From assembly GCA_013387205.1 (NCBI GenBank), contig WARV01000001.1:86-64085 (forward strand): 64,000 bases of DNA, written 5' to 3'. Shown piece after piece: positions 55,608 through 64,000 of this stretch (position 1 is the first letter of the stretch; each line of letters opens with the position of its first letter). The translations under genes and the position numbers were made by a program. The notes under the pieces were generated by a model. That model was not told the DNA's origin. It worked only from the letters and a program-made list of their open reading frames with translations, and did not search any database. The stretch comes from Patescibacteria group bacterium (GTDB lineage: Bacteria > Patescibacteriota > Doudnabacteria > UBA920).

Positions 55608-56468
55608 ATGATAGAGTATGGACTAGGAAATGGCGGATTGAAGCATTTGCTGATAAATAGCAAGTCGGCAACAGCTGAAATTTATTGCCAAGGAGCCCAC
55701 CTTATCCGCTGGCAGCCAAAGAGCTGTCCGCATCCGGTTTTTTGGATTAGCAAGAAGAGTTTGTTTGAACCAGGGAAGCCTATTCGCGGCGGCAGTCCAA
55801 TTTGTTTTCCCAAAGTCGGGCTAGCCCAGGGCAATGCCAAGTATCCCATGCACGGGCCTGTGAGGTTTGAAGAGTGGAATTCGGTACCCCCTGCCCCGCA
55901 GAATGACGACACGGTCCAAGTCGGCTTTAAGCTGGCAAGTAACCAGCGCACTCTTGCTGTCTGGTCGCACAAGTTTGAGCTGGAGACGTGTTTTGTCATC
56001 AATCCCGAGCTTAAACGCGTTGTTACCATCCGAAATACGGGCGACGCGCCGTTTTCTTGCGAAATTCTTCTTCACGACTATTTCGCGATTGGCAATCTCA
56101 GGAGAGCGCGAATTTTCGGGCTGAAAGACTCTTTGTATTTCAACAAGCCGACTGGAGAAATCTTCAGTGAGGGAAACGAGTGGGTTTCAATTGCCGGTGA
56201 GACCGACCGGGTTTACTCAAGCGATGGTCCGGTGATTTTGGATGACCCTGGTTTTCGGCGGAGAATCAACATCGAAAAAACCAACTCTAAGTCAACAGCA
56301 GTCTGGAACCCATGGGTCGAGAAGTCCAAAGCCATGCCTGATTTCGGCGACGATGAATACCTGGAAATGATTTGCGTTGAGTCCGGCAACGCCCTTAATG
56401 GCGCAATAACCGTGGAACCCGGCAAGGAGTTTACCATGAGTGTTGTTGTCAGGGTCGAGATGTACTGA
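55608..56468 (+). CDS. D-hexose-6-phosphate mutarotase (aldose 1-epimerase family)
   Basis: IRGG.PICFP, HG, LHDYF, VWNPW, MICVE. Confidence 0.9.
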   Translation: MIEYGLGNGGLKHLLINSKSATAEIYCQGAHLIRWQPKSCPHPVFWISKKSLFEPGKPIRGGSPICFPKVGLAQGNAKYPMHGPVRFEEWNSVPPAPQNDDTVQVGFKLASNQRTLAVWSHKFELETCFVINPELKRVVTIRNTGDAPFSCEILLHDYFAIGNLRRARIFGLKDSLYFNKPTGEIFSEGNEWVSIAGETDRVYSSDGPVILDDPGFRRRINIEKTNSKSTAVWNPWVEKSKAMPDFGDDEYLEMICVESGNALNGAITVEPGKEFTMSVVVRVEMY

Positions 56469-56538
56469 GGCGCAAAATGCGCGCTACAAAACACCTCAGG
56501 CGGCAGTAATGTTGCTTGAGGTGTTTTTTATTGCTAAA

Positions 56539-57489
56539 TTATTTCAAATTTTTATCCGTATAAACCAAAGCTGGTTCAATGGTTCTTCCCCACTCGCTCC
56601 AGGTGTGGCTGCCTTTGCCTATCACGAATTCATGACTAATATTTTTTTGTGTAAGCAAACTGTCGAACTTTTTGTTTTCATCTTTCAGGCTTGGCAAGTC
56701 AATTTTACCGACTGATAAAAATATATGGGTATTAGGGTCAAGCTTTAAGTTATTTATATACTGAACTGGCATGTTTTCGTTTAAAGCCTGCTGGTTTTTG
56801 TCCAATGTTTTGTTTAGAATTCCTTTCCAGTTATCGAAATACCCGCCGAATGACAAAATAATACTGAACAAATCGTTGTGCCTTAATCCCAAATTCATCG
56901 CCGCGTATGCCCCGGAAGATATACCGCCAATGCCGCGGCTGCTGCGGTCATTTTTAGTTCGGTATCTTTTTTCTGCTTCGCTTATCGTGTCTTTTATAAT
57001 GTAATCTTCCATTTTCTGGTCAACGGTTGTCGCGTTGACATACATAGACGCTTTGATTTTCGGCCCGTTGCCGTCGGGAAAGACAACCAGCATCGGCTTG
57101 ATTTGTTTTTCCGATATCATTTTATCCAGCTTTGCCTGGATGTCGGTGTTTATTATCCAATCCAAATCATTGCCCGGGTCGCCATGAAGCAAATATAATA
57201 CGGGAAATTTTTCGTTAGGATTTTCATCATAAGCTTTTGGGACGTAAACCCTGAATTCCTTGGGTGCTTCTTTAAGCGAGGGGCTGTTAAAATACACCAC
57301 ATCGATCCTGCTTTCAAACGAAGCAGGAGTTTTTTTGGTGATTTTGTAATAGTTTTTGTAAACCCATTGTTGGCTTGGTACAAAGATATCCAAAATCTGC
57401 TGCCAAAACACGGCAATAATTACCCCAGCTAAAGCGGTAATTATCAAGATTTTTAAAATAGTAGGCATAGATTTAATTTTATTTATCAT
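56539..57489 (-). CDS. Membrane-anchored esterase (alpha/beta hydrolase, Fes-like)
   Basis: PVLYLLHG, GISSG nucleophile, HTW. Confidence 0.85.
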   Translation of the reverse strand: MINKIKSMPTILKILIITALAGVIIAVFWQQILDIFVPSQQWVYKNYYKITKKTPASFESRIDVVYFNSPSLKEAPKEFRVYVPKAYDENPNEKFPVLYLLHGDPGNDLDWIINTDIQAKLDKMISEKQIKPMLVVFPDGNGPKIKASMYVNATTVDQKMEDYIIKDTISEAEKRYRTKNDRSSRGIGGISSGAYAAMNLGLRHNDLFSIILSFGGYFDNWKGILNKTLDKNQQALNENMPVQYINNLKLDPNTHIFLSVGKIDLPSLKDENKKFDSLLTQKNISHEFVIGKGSHTWSEWGRTIEPALVYTDKNLK

Positions 57490-59137
57490 ATTTAATTTCT
57501 TCGCCTGTGTGAACTTGGGCGAGGGCCAGTGCAATTTTCGGCAGGTCGGCATCGCTTTGGTAAGCCAAATACCTGGGCTGCCATGAAGGGTTGAATTTAA
57601 TTTTAAAGGCAGCCAGCGACTGGTAGTTGTAAAAGCTATTTATGTTTTTGTAAATAAAGTCCAAAGCTTTTTGCGCCATTGGCGAATCGGAAATATAATT
57701 TTCGGAAATCGATGCCGTTGCCAAACCTAAACTGGCTTGGGTTAGTCCTTCTGATTTAAATTTCAGCAAGGCTTCGGTTAAACACGTGTCAACCAGGCCG
57801 CTTGGCGCGTTTTGCGACCTTAACATTAAATCCAGCGTGCGGCCTCTGCCTTGGTTAAACGGAAAGAACGAAAAGCATCCAACCAGGTTATTATTTTCAT
57901 CTTGCGCTGTTAATATTAATCCTTCCTTGTCGGGAGGAAACGGGAAAAAATCCATGGAAAAAGTCATGGGCGCGGATTTGCGGGTTTTAAGCCAGCTTTC
58001 GTAAAGTTTCTGGATTTTTACCAATTCTTTCCAGGGCAATTCTTCCATGTTATGCCAAATATACCTGATATTTTTTTTCTTTATGTGATTGTAGCTGTTG
58101 CGGACATTTTTCATTTCCGGAGTGTTTAAATCGAATTTCGACAAGTCTATAATCGCGTCCTCCCCCACCCTGATCATCTTTAGCCCCATTTTTTTATAGA
58201 TATCCTTAGAGCCATCAGTCGTCTGGTAAAACACCGTAGTCATTCCGTGCTTTTGGATTTTTTCAAAGAATTCTTTGGAAAAATTTTCCAGTTCTTCCTT
58301 TGGCCCCATTGGGTCGCCGAGTACCGTAACTATCCCGGTTTTAATTTTATACGCTATTAAGCAATTGCCGGATTCTGAAATAAAATATCTTTTGTCATCC
58401 ATCAGGCTTAAGTAAGAAACAGGATGGGCGCCGAAATTCCCCACAATGTCTTTTGCTTTTTCCAAAGATTCTTCCGTAGGCTGGTCTTTGAAAATTTCCG
58501 GGGCGAACAAAACAACAAGCACTGAAATTAACGCTGCCGCACCGACCGTGGATATGGAATCTTCAAACCACCTGGCTCTCCTTGTTGTCGAAATAAGCGT
58601 GTTCTGCCCGATGCCGAATATCGAGTATTCGTAATCTTTATAAACATTAGGCCAGGTGACTTGCCTGGTGAACTGCCTTGGCAGCAAAAAGAACCCTATG
58701 GTGGAATAAGCCAAAAGCAGCAGCAAGACAGCCGCCGCTAGCGCCATTCTTTTATATAACCTAAGCGTGGCACTCCTTACAGAAAATTCCGCCTTGAAAA
58801 TTATCAGTAAGATTAGCGGTATTAGCAACACCACGACTGCATCCAAATCGAAATTTTTTGTGACATTAAAAAAAACGGCAAAGGATAACACCAAACAAGA
58901 AATCCACCACGCGCGGTATTTGCGGTTTTTTAGTCCCCAGGCCAAAAAGATCAAGCCAAAGCCGGCCAAAATCGCTCCAGTTCTGGAGATGTGCCTTATG
59001 CCTAACGGCAACAGCTCTTCCAAAATAAGCATTCTTCCCGGATGTATGCGGAAAAAAGCGGAATAGATGGTAAGTATTCCGGAAAGGAAAACTATTATAG
59101 CAACAACTGCCGCGGCATTAATCTTAAGTTTTTTCAT
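57479..59137 (-). CDS. MprF-like aminoacyl-phosphatidylglycerol synthase (DUF2156) with short TM region
   Basis: DKRYF, LGDPMG, VGEDA, LDLM, SLGLA, YNYQSL..FK.KFNP.W.PRYL. Confidence 0.88.
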   Translation of the reverse strand: MKKLKINAAAVVAIIVFLSGILTIYSAFFRIHPGRMLILEELLPLGIRHISRTGAILAGFGLIFLAWGLKNRKYRAWWISCLVLSFAVFFNVTKNFDLDAVVVLLIPLILLIIFKAEFSVRSATLRLYKRMALAAAVLLLLLAYSTIGFFLLPRQFTRQVTWPNVYKDYEYSIFGIGQNTLISTTRRARWFEDSISTVGAAALISVLVVLFAPEIFKDQPTEESLEKAKDIVGNFGAHPVSYLSLMDDKRYFISESGNCLIAYKIKTGIVTVLGDPMGPKEELENFSKEFFEKIQKHGMTTVFYQTTDGSKDIYKKMGLKMIRVGEDAIIDLSKFDLNTPEMKNVRNSYNHIKKKNIRYIWHNMEELPWKELVKIQKLYESWLKTRKSAPMTFSMDFFPFPPDKEGLILTAQDENNNLVGCFSFFPFNQGRGRTLDLMLRSQNAPSGLVDTCLTEALLKFKSEGLTQASLGLATASISENYISDSPMAQKALDFIYKNINSFYNYQSLAAFKIKFNPSWQPRYLAYQSDADLPKIALALAQVHTGEEIKYDK

Positions 59138-59323
59138 GGCAGAAAAGCTAAAATTTATATTTCTAACCTAATAATGAAATTATATCATTCTTAAACAAAA
59201 AAGCGCCAGGTATAGCGATTTGCGCTAAGTATTTGCCTCTATATGAACTTCGGTGCAGGGTTTGTTTTTCTTCCGTTTGATAGTTGTCCAAGGATCTAAT
59301 GATTATATTTAACATTTAAAGCA

Positions 59324-59941
59324 CTAGTATGTGATCGTGGGGGTCTTGTGCAGGTAGGTGTCATCGGTCAGTGCTTTAAGCATGAAATCTGCCGTGTCGG
59401 CACGGGAAATGGTCGGCCAAAAACCGGTTTTGATATTTTCTCCGGCGCGATATCTTCCCGTTTTTGATTTATTGGTAAGCGCGACAGGCCTGACAATTAC
59501 CCAGTCAATCTTACTGCTTGCTACTATCATTTCCATTCTTTCTTTGTCTTGCATATTGCTTTTAACAACCCACCAAAGGGTCTTGCTATAAAATTTTTGC
59601 CTGGTGTCATAAACCCCATAAGCTGATTCCACTACAAATTTTTTAATTCGATGCCTTTCCATGGCATTGATAATATTTTCCGCACCTTCAGAGCAAATAG
59701 TTTTATTCTTTGAGCCGGCAGAATTACCTAAAGCAGAAAGCACTGCTTCGTGGCCTTTGACCGCCAAATTGACCTGGGCAGGGTTCAGTACGTTACCCTG
59801 GTACAGCTGCAAATTTTTATGCTTAAAAGGAGATCTTAGAACGTCACGCACAAATGCCGTCACGTTATGGCCTTGTTCCAGGGCCTGTTTGACCAGTTCT
59901 TTTCCTGTTCTGCCCGTCGCTCCAAAAACGATAATATCCAT
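59324..59941 (-). CDS. NAD(P)-binding atypical SDR (flavin reductase-like)
   Basis: VFGATGRTG, WVIVRP, ISRAD. Confidence 0.9.
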   Translation of the reverse strand: MDIIVFGATGRTGKELVKQALEQGHNVTAFVRDVLRSPFKHKNLQLYQGNVLNPAQVNLAVKGHEAVLSALGNSAGSKNKTICSEGAENIINAMERHRIKKFVVESAYGVYDTRQKFYSKTLWWVVKSNMQDKERMEMIVASSKIDWVIVRPVALTNKSKTGRYRAGENIKTGFWPTISRADTADFMLKALTDDTYLHKTPTITY

Positions 59942-59953
59942 AACTAATAAATA

Positions 59954-60709
59954 CTATTTTACTTTTGGAAATTTTTGGTGATAATGCCTAATCCTAATTG
60001 ATGACGTTTGCAGATACCTTTTCCTTGTAGTTTCGGGAAATCTTTCTATGGCGTAGCGGAGCATGGTGCGCGGCATGGTTTTGCAGTGTTTTTGCAAAAA
60101 CTTTTCTTCGATTTCCTGGCTGCACCTTTTGCCCACTTCCCTGAGCATCCAGCCAACGGCTTTGTGGATAAGATCGTGCTTATCTTTTACAAGCTTCTCC
60201 GAAATTTTTATGGCCCATTCCGGCCGGCCGTAATAAGTGAAATAAAGCGTGGCAAGAATGGCAATGCGCTTCTCCCACAAACTTTTGGATTTAGCAAGTT
60301 TAATAAGAACGCTTTTATCCTTTTCAAATAAATATCCGCCAATAATATGCGGCGCGGTCAAATCCACCAAATCCCAGTTGTTGATATATTTAGTGTTCTT
60401 TAAATACAACCTGTAGATTTTTTCCTGCAAATCTTCGAATTTTTTAAATTTCAAAACCAGGATAATCAAGGCAATTAACCTTTCTTCGTGGAATTTGCCG
60501 TGCAATAACTTTTCAGTGTCAGATAGCGTTATATCGTTGAAATATTTTTTTGCCAATATCCGCTGCTTGGGTACGACTATTCCTAAAAATAAATCCCCTT
60601 CCCCATATTGTCCTTTGCCGGTTTTAAAGAAACGCTGTAAGACTATGGCTTTTTGCGGGTCAGCGAGTTTTTTTAGGTCTGTCTGCAAACTTTTCAAATT
60701 GTTTTGCAT
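59954..60709 (-). CDS. DNA alkylation repair protein (AlkD-like)
   Basis: FFKTGKGQYGEGD, NNWDLVD, IHKAVGWMLRE, MPRTMLRYAIE. Confidence 0.9.
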   Translation of the reverse strand: MQNNLKSLQTDLKKLADPQKAIVLQRFFKTGKGQYGEGDLFLGIVVPKQRILAKKYFNDITLSDTEKLLHGKFHEERLIALIILVLKFKKFEDLQEKIYRLYLKNTKYINNWDLVDLTAPHIIGGYLFEKDKSVLIKLAKSKSLWEKRIAILATLYFTYYGRPEWAIKISEKLVKDKHDLIHKAVGWMLREVGKRCSQEIEEKFLQKHCKTMPRTMLRYAIERFPETTRKRYLQTSSIRIRHYHQKFPKVK

Positions 60710-60824
60710 TATATTGAAATTTTCTTTTGGAGGCGTTGAGACAGCCGGCAGGCTGTTTTGTCCAGGCAGGTTCATTCAACTGGCTTTAAGTTTAATGTGC
60801 ATTAATTATAGCATTTCTGGGTTG

Positions 60825-62510
60825 CTATTGTTCAAATGATTGAACGCGTTTTGGAAAGGTTTCGGTGGATGGGGTAGTCATAACATTAATTTTTGGACTG
60901 CCTAAAATTGAAACGTTGCTGGAAGAATTTTTTTGGTAAGTGACTGAACCTGTGGCAAACACCTTGGCCCTGGAAGCGCCGCTGGCATTGATATTGGCGT
61001 CTTTAGCCGCTAATTCGCTTGCGTCAAGCTGTGATACTCCGGCAAGCTCAGCTTTTATGGAATCGGCAGTTCCTGTTAGGCTTAACCTGCTGACGCCATC
61101 TATTTGGACAGTGATATTTTTGCTTTCCATATTTACATTACCTTCGCTGGCTCCGCTTAAAGAAATTTCGGTTGATGTCGAAATTATTTTATCCGAAAAG
61201 ACATTGGAAATGCCGGATGCCGTAATTTTGGAAAATTCCGGCGCTGTAATTTCAAAGTCGATTTTCCTGCTTACGCAGAAAAGGCAGATTTTTTTTGTTG
61301 TTTTTTTGCCTACAGTCAAAGTATTATTTTTGCTTTCAACCAAAGCCCTGTCCAAGTCCCTCATTCTACCGGTAGCCCTTATTGAATAAGTATTTCCCTG
61401 GACAAGTTTGTAATTATTCATTCCTGCTAAATCCAGATTGCTGAAATTTCCAATGCCGGAAAATTCCCTGGTGGTAATTTGGTTGTCCGGGGCGGAATGG
61501 ATTTTATTTACGAAATCCGGCACGGATTGGATGGCAAGCACACCTCCGGCAATTAATGTCGCCAGCCATACGCCGAGCAGGCTTAAGCCCAGTCCCGAAG
61601 AAACTGTTTTGCGTTTGTTTAATACGGCCATTCCCAGAAGGAATAAAAACAATACTGGTATAAATACTGCCACATATATTGCTATCACCAAAGCGTAGTA
61701 AGCCGGGCTGCTGGCTAAGATGGCAAATGAGGGGTTCAGGTAAGGCGAATGGATATTGAATATGCTTGATGCGGCCACGAATGTCAGCCCGCTTAAAAAC
61801 AAGATTGAAATAATGACAACAACCAATCCGGCCAGCCTGCCGATTGTGCCAAAAAGTATTTTGGCCGCCTTGCCTAAGCCAGCCGCCATATGGCTAACAA
61901 ACGGTTTCATTTTTTTTGTCGAATCTTTTGCTTCCAAAGCCTTTTCTTTTATAGTCTGGCTAATGGAATTTATATTCAAGGACTGTCCCTTCATTTGCAT
62001 TTTTTCCGTGGGGGTTTTTGCTTCCGGGATGATTATCCATAAAACAATGTAAATCGGGATTATTGTCCCCCAAGCAAAAAGCAAAATTAAAAACGCCAGC
62101 CTGACCAAAGTCGAGTCTATATCAAAATACGCGGCAATTCCAGAACAGACGCCGGCGATTATTTTATCGTCCGAATTCCTGTAAAATCTTTTGCCGGCCA
62201 GTTCTTCTCTTTGCGTATTTCCGTTGTTGTTTTTTTCCAGGTTCCCTTCGGATAAATCTTCAATGGTGCCTAATTCCTTAATGATGTTGTCTACATTCTG
62301 CTTGGTTATTACGGTTTGAGTATCCCCTTTGGAGTTTTCTATGAATTTTTCGGCAATCCTTGCTTCCATGTCGGAAATTATTTCCGCACTGCCGGGGTAC
62401 TCAGCAAAGTGGGCTTTAATGGCGCTCAAATAGGCGTATAGTTTTTCGAAAGCCGGTTCTTCCACAAAAAAGTTCCTGCCGCCTATGTTTATGCTAATTG
62501 TTTTATTCAT
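60825..62510 (-). CDS. PspC-domain membrane protein with C-terminal DUF2807-like domain
   Basis: YR..DDKIIAGVCSGIAAYF; SGAS repeats. Confidence 0.88.
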   Translation of the reverse strand: MNKTISINIGGRNFFVEEPAFEKLYAYLSAIKAHFAEYPGSAEIISDMEARIAEKFIENSKGDTQTVITKQNVDNIIKELGTIEDLSEGNLEKNNNGNTQREELAGKRFYRNSDDKIIAGVCSGIAAYFDIDSTLVRLAFLILLFAWGTIIPIYIVLWIIIPEAKTPTEKMQMKGQSLNINSISQTIKEKALEAKDSTKKMKPFVSHMAAGLGKAAKILFGTIGRLAGLVVVIISILFLSGLTFVAASSIFNIHSPYLNPSFAILASSPAYYALVIAIYVAVFIPVLFLFLLGMAVLNKRKTVSSGLGLSLLGVWLATLIAGGVLAIQSVPDFVNKIHSAPDNQITTREFSGIGNFSNLDLAGMNNYKLVQGNTYSIRATGRMRDLDRALVESKNNTLTVGKKTTKKICLFCVSRKIDFEITAPEFSKITASGISNVFSDKIISTSTEISLSGASEGNVNMESKNITVQIDGVSRLSLTGTADSIKAELAGVSQLDASELAAKDANINASGASRAKVFATGSVTYQKNSSSNVSILGSPKINVMTTPSTETFPKRVQSFEQ

Positions 62511-62847
62511 GTTTTTTTATTAAAGAGTTAATTGAGTTTGATAAGTTCGACCAGCTTTTTTCATGGCTTTTCAGGCTTTCTTTGCCTTTGCTTGTTAGGC
62601 GGTAATATTTTCTGGGAGGGCCGGATTTAGATTCTATCCAGGTGTATTCCAGCACTTGCAAACTTTTGAGCCTGGATAGCAGCGGGTACAAAGTCCCCTC
62701 GACAATTATCAGGTTGTTCTCCTTTAGTTCTTTAATGATGTCCGAAGGATAAATTTCGCCTTTGGAAATTATAAGCAATACGCAGAATTCCAATACTCCC
62801 TTGCGCATTTGGACAGTCGCGTTTTCCGCATTGGTTTCTTGTGGCAT
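62503..62847 (-). CDS. PadR family transcriptional regulator
   Basis: QMRKGVLE, EGTLYPLL.RL, GPPRKYY.LT. Confidence 0.93.
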   Translation of the reverse strand: MPQETNAENATVQMRKGVLEFCVLLIISKGEIYPSDIIKELKENNLIIVEGTLYPLLSRLKSLQVLEYTWIESKSGPPRKYYRLTSKGKESLKSHEKSWSNLSNSINSLIKKHE

Positions 62848-63000
62848 AGGTATAGGTTAAGTGTCTTAGGTATATTATATACTATACTACCTTGTATAGC
62901 AAGGTATTAGGCTGTGGATAATTTCCAGCCAAAAAAAAGACGGTATGATGCAAAACTTTCTAAGTTTAAGCGAATCATGGTCCGTCTTAAGATTGTCGGG

Positions 63001-63408
63001 CTAAGGTGTGCTGTTTGTATTGTCTTGTTCCAGTAAACCCATAATCACCTGTTTGACTTCTATCATGAAATCGGGTTCTTTAAATACAAAAGCATGGCAC
63101 ATGGCCTCAAATTCATGGATTACAGAAGTGGCGTAGCCGATTATTTTTATGGCCTGGTCTATTTCCCTGATTTTATTGGCTAACAGAATTCCTTCAACGC
63201 TCCCAATCATCCCCTTACTGAGATTGCCGTCTATCAACGCAATCCTTATTCCCAATTTTGGCAGATTGGGAACCGCTTCGTAAGCTTCTGAAAGACTAGA
63301 AGCCATGAGGGGGACTTCAAAGCCCCACTTTTCCAGAAAATTTTTGGCGTATAACCTGATTGAGTCAGTGTCTTCCGCCAAAAAAACCTTAATGCCCTTT
63401 TGCAGCAC
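63001..63408 (-). CDS. Single-domain response regulator receiver
   Basis: FLAED, ALIDGNL, FKEP; AGGAGG RBS. Confidence 0.7.
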   Translation of the reverse strand: MLQKGIKVFLAEDTDSIRLYAKNFLEKWGFEVPLMASSLSEAYEAVPNLPKLGIRIALIDGNLSKGMIGSVEGILLANKIREIDQAIKIIGYATSVIHEFEAMCHAFVFKEPDFMIEVKQVIMGLLEQDNTNSTP

Positions 63409-63490
63409 CTTGTTATTTCCTCCTTTAAGATGTTTTGTGTTGCATTATATTATACGACGAATTGGCCTTTTAATATTAACTAGCTATTTA

Positions 63491-63520
63491 AAAAACCCCG
63501 CCTCTTAAAAAGGCGGGGTT
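63491..63520. repeat. Repeated hairpin/terminator (copy 2)
   Basis: AAAAAACCCCGCCTCTTAAAAAGGCGGGGTT. Confidence 0.7.
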
Positions 63521-63529
63521 GTTGTGCCG

Positions 63530-63907
63530 TTATTGCCGGTTTTCTGGTTCAGCCTGGTTGACTTTTTTAAACTTTACGCTGAAGATGGGTTCGTATTGGT
63601 TTCTGTCTTCGTCTTCCACTTTTACCGTCTCCCCTTTCATCAGCGTGGATATGGCCAGGTCCGCCAAAAGTTCCTTATCCAGTTCCAAATCTTTTTTTAA
63701 GGCTTCTATTTTTTCCTGGGTTTGCCCGAGTTCGGCTTTGGTTTCATTTTCTATCTGCAGTTTTCTCAATTTATATCCGCGCAGTTTTTCCATTGTCTCT
63801 TTGTATTCTTTGGATACAGACAAGGCATCTTTGTATTGCTGCTGGATATTTTTTCTTTCTTTTTTTGTGCTTCGCACGCGGTTGAAAACGTCCTGTATGT
63901 TTTGCAT
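63530..63907 (-). CDS. Hypothetical coiled-coil protein
   Basis: ORF track; YEPIFSVKFKK C-terminal motif. Confidence 0.7.
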   Translation of the reverse strand: MQNIQDVFNRVRSTKKERKNIQQQYKDALSVSKEYKETMEKLRGYKLRKLQIENETKAELGQTQEKIEALKKDLELDKELLADLAISTLMKGETVKVEDEDRNQYEPIFSVKFKKVNQAEPENRQ

Positions 63908-64000
63908 TTATATTTTTAGGGTTGGTTAAATATTTAACAAGCAGGCCGGAAAACATTTTCCGGCCTGCTTTAAAATGGCAAACCGGTTATTCCTGCTTTT

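Noticed and set aside
36096-63956. Many short antisense ORFs in the track
   Set aside because: Shadow frames of well-supported genes on the opposite strand

Overview
The window has two parts. Bases 1 to ~35,300 are the right-hand ~35 kb of a podovirus-like prophage, almost entirely on the + strand. It runs through small early/accessory genes, an HNH endonuclease, terminase, portal, scaffold and major capsid, a four-glycosyltransferase plus aminotransferase cassette, adaptor/nozzle/ejection proteins, fibres, lysis genes, nucleotide-metabolism genes and a Xer-like tyrosine recombinase. Bases ~35,600-64,000 are host chromosome, mostly on the - strand (gltX, def, fmt, mltG, HU, queA, rarA, MprF-like, PadR-PspC). 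Its gene content and style suggest a Patescibacteria/CPR bacterium (inference). Main highlights: (1) a glycosylation cassette wedged between capsid and head-tail adaptor genes, a candidate virion-glycosylation system; (2) a group I intron carrying a LAGLIDADG endonuclease, 13 nt into the capsid gene, with splice sites readable from the sequence; (3) two 28-bp dif-like sites, one at the prophage/host junction next to the recombinase and one between the terminase genes; (4) an HNH gene carrying a recoded duplicate of its neighbour's N-terminus; (5) a lysis gene whose signal peptide needs a -1 slip; (6) several structured RNA/attenuator candidates. All protein calls come from motif recognition by eye; no searches were run.
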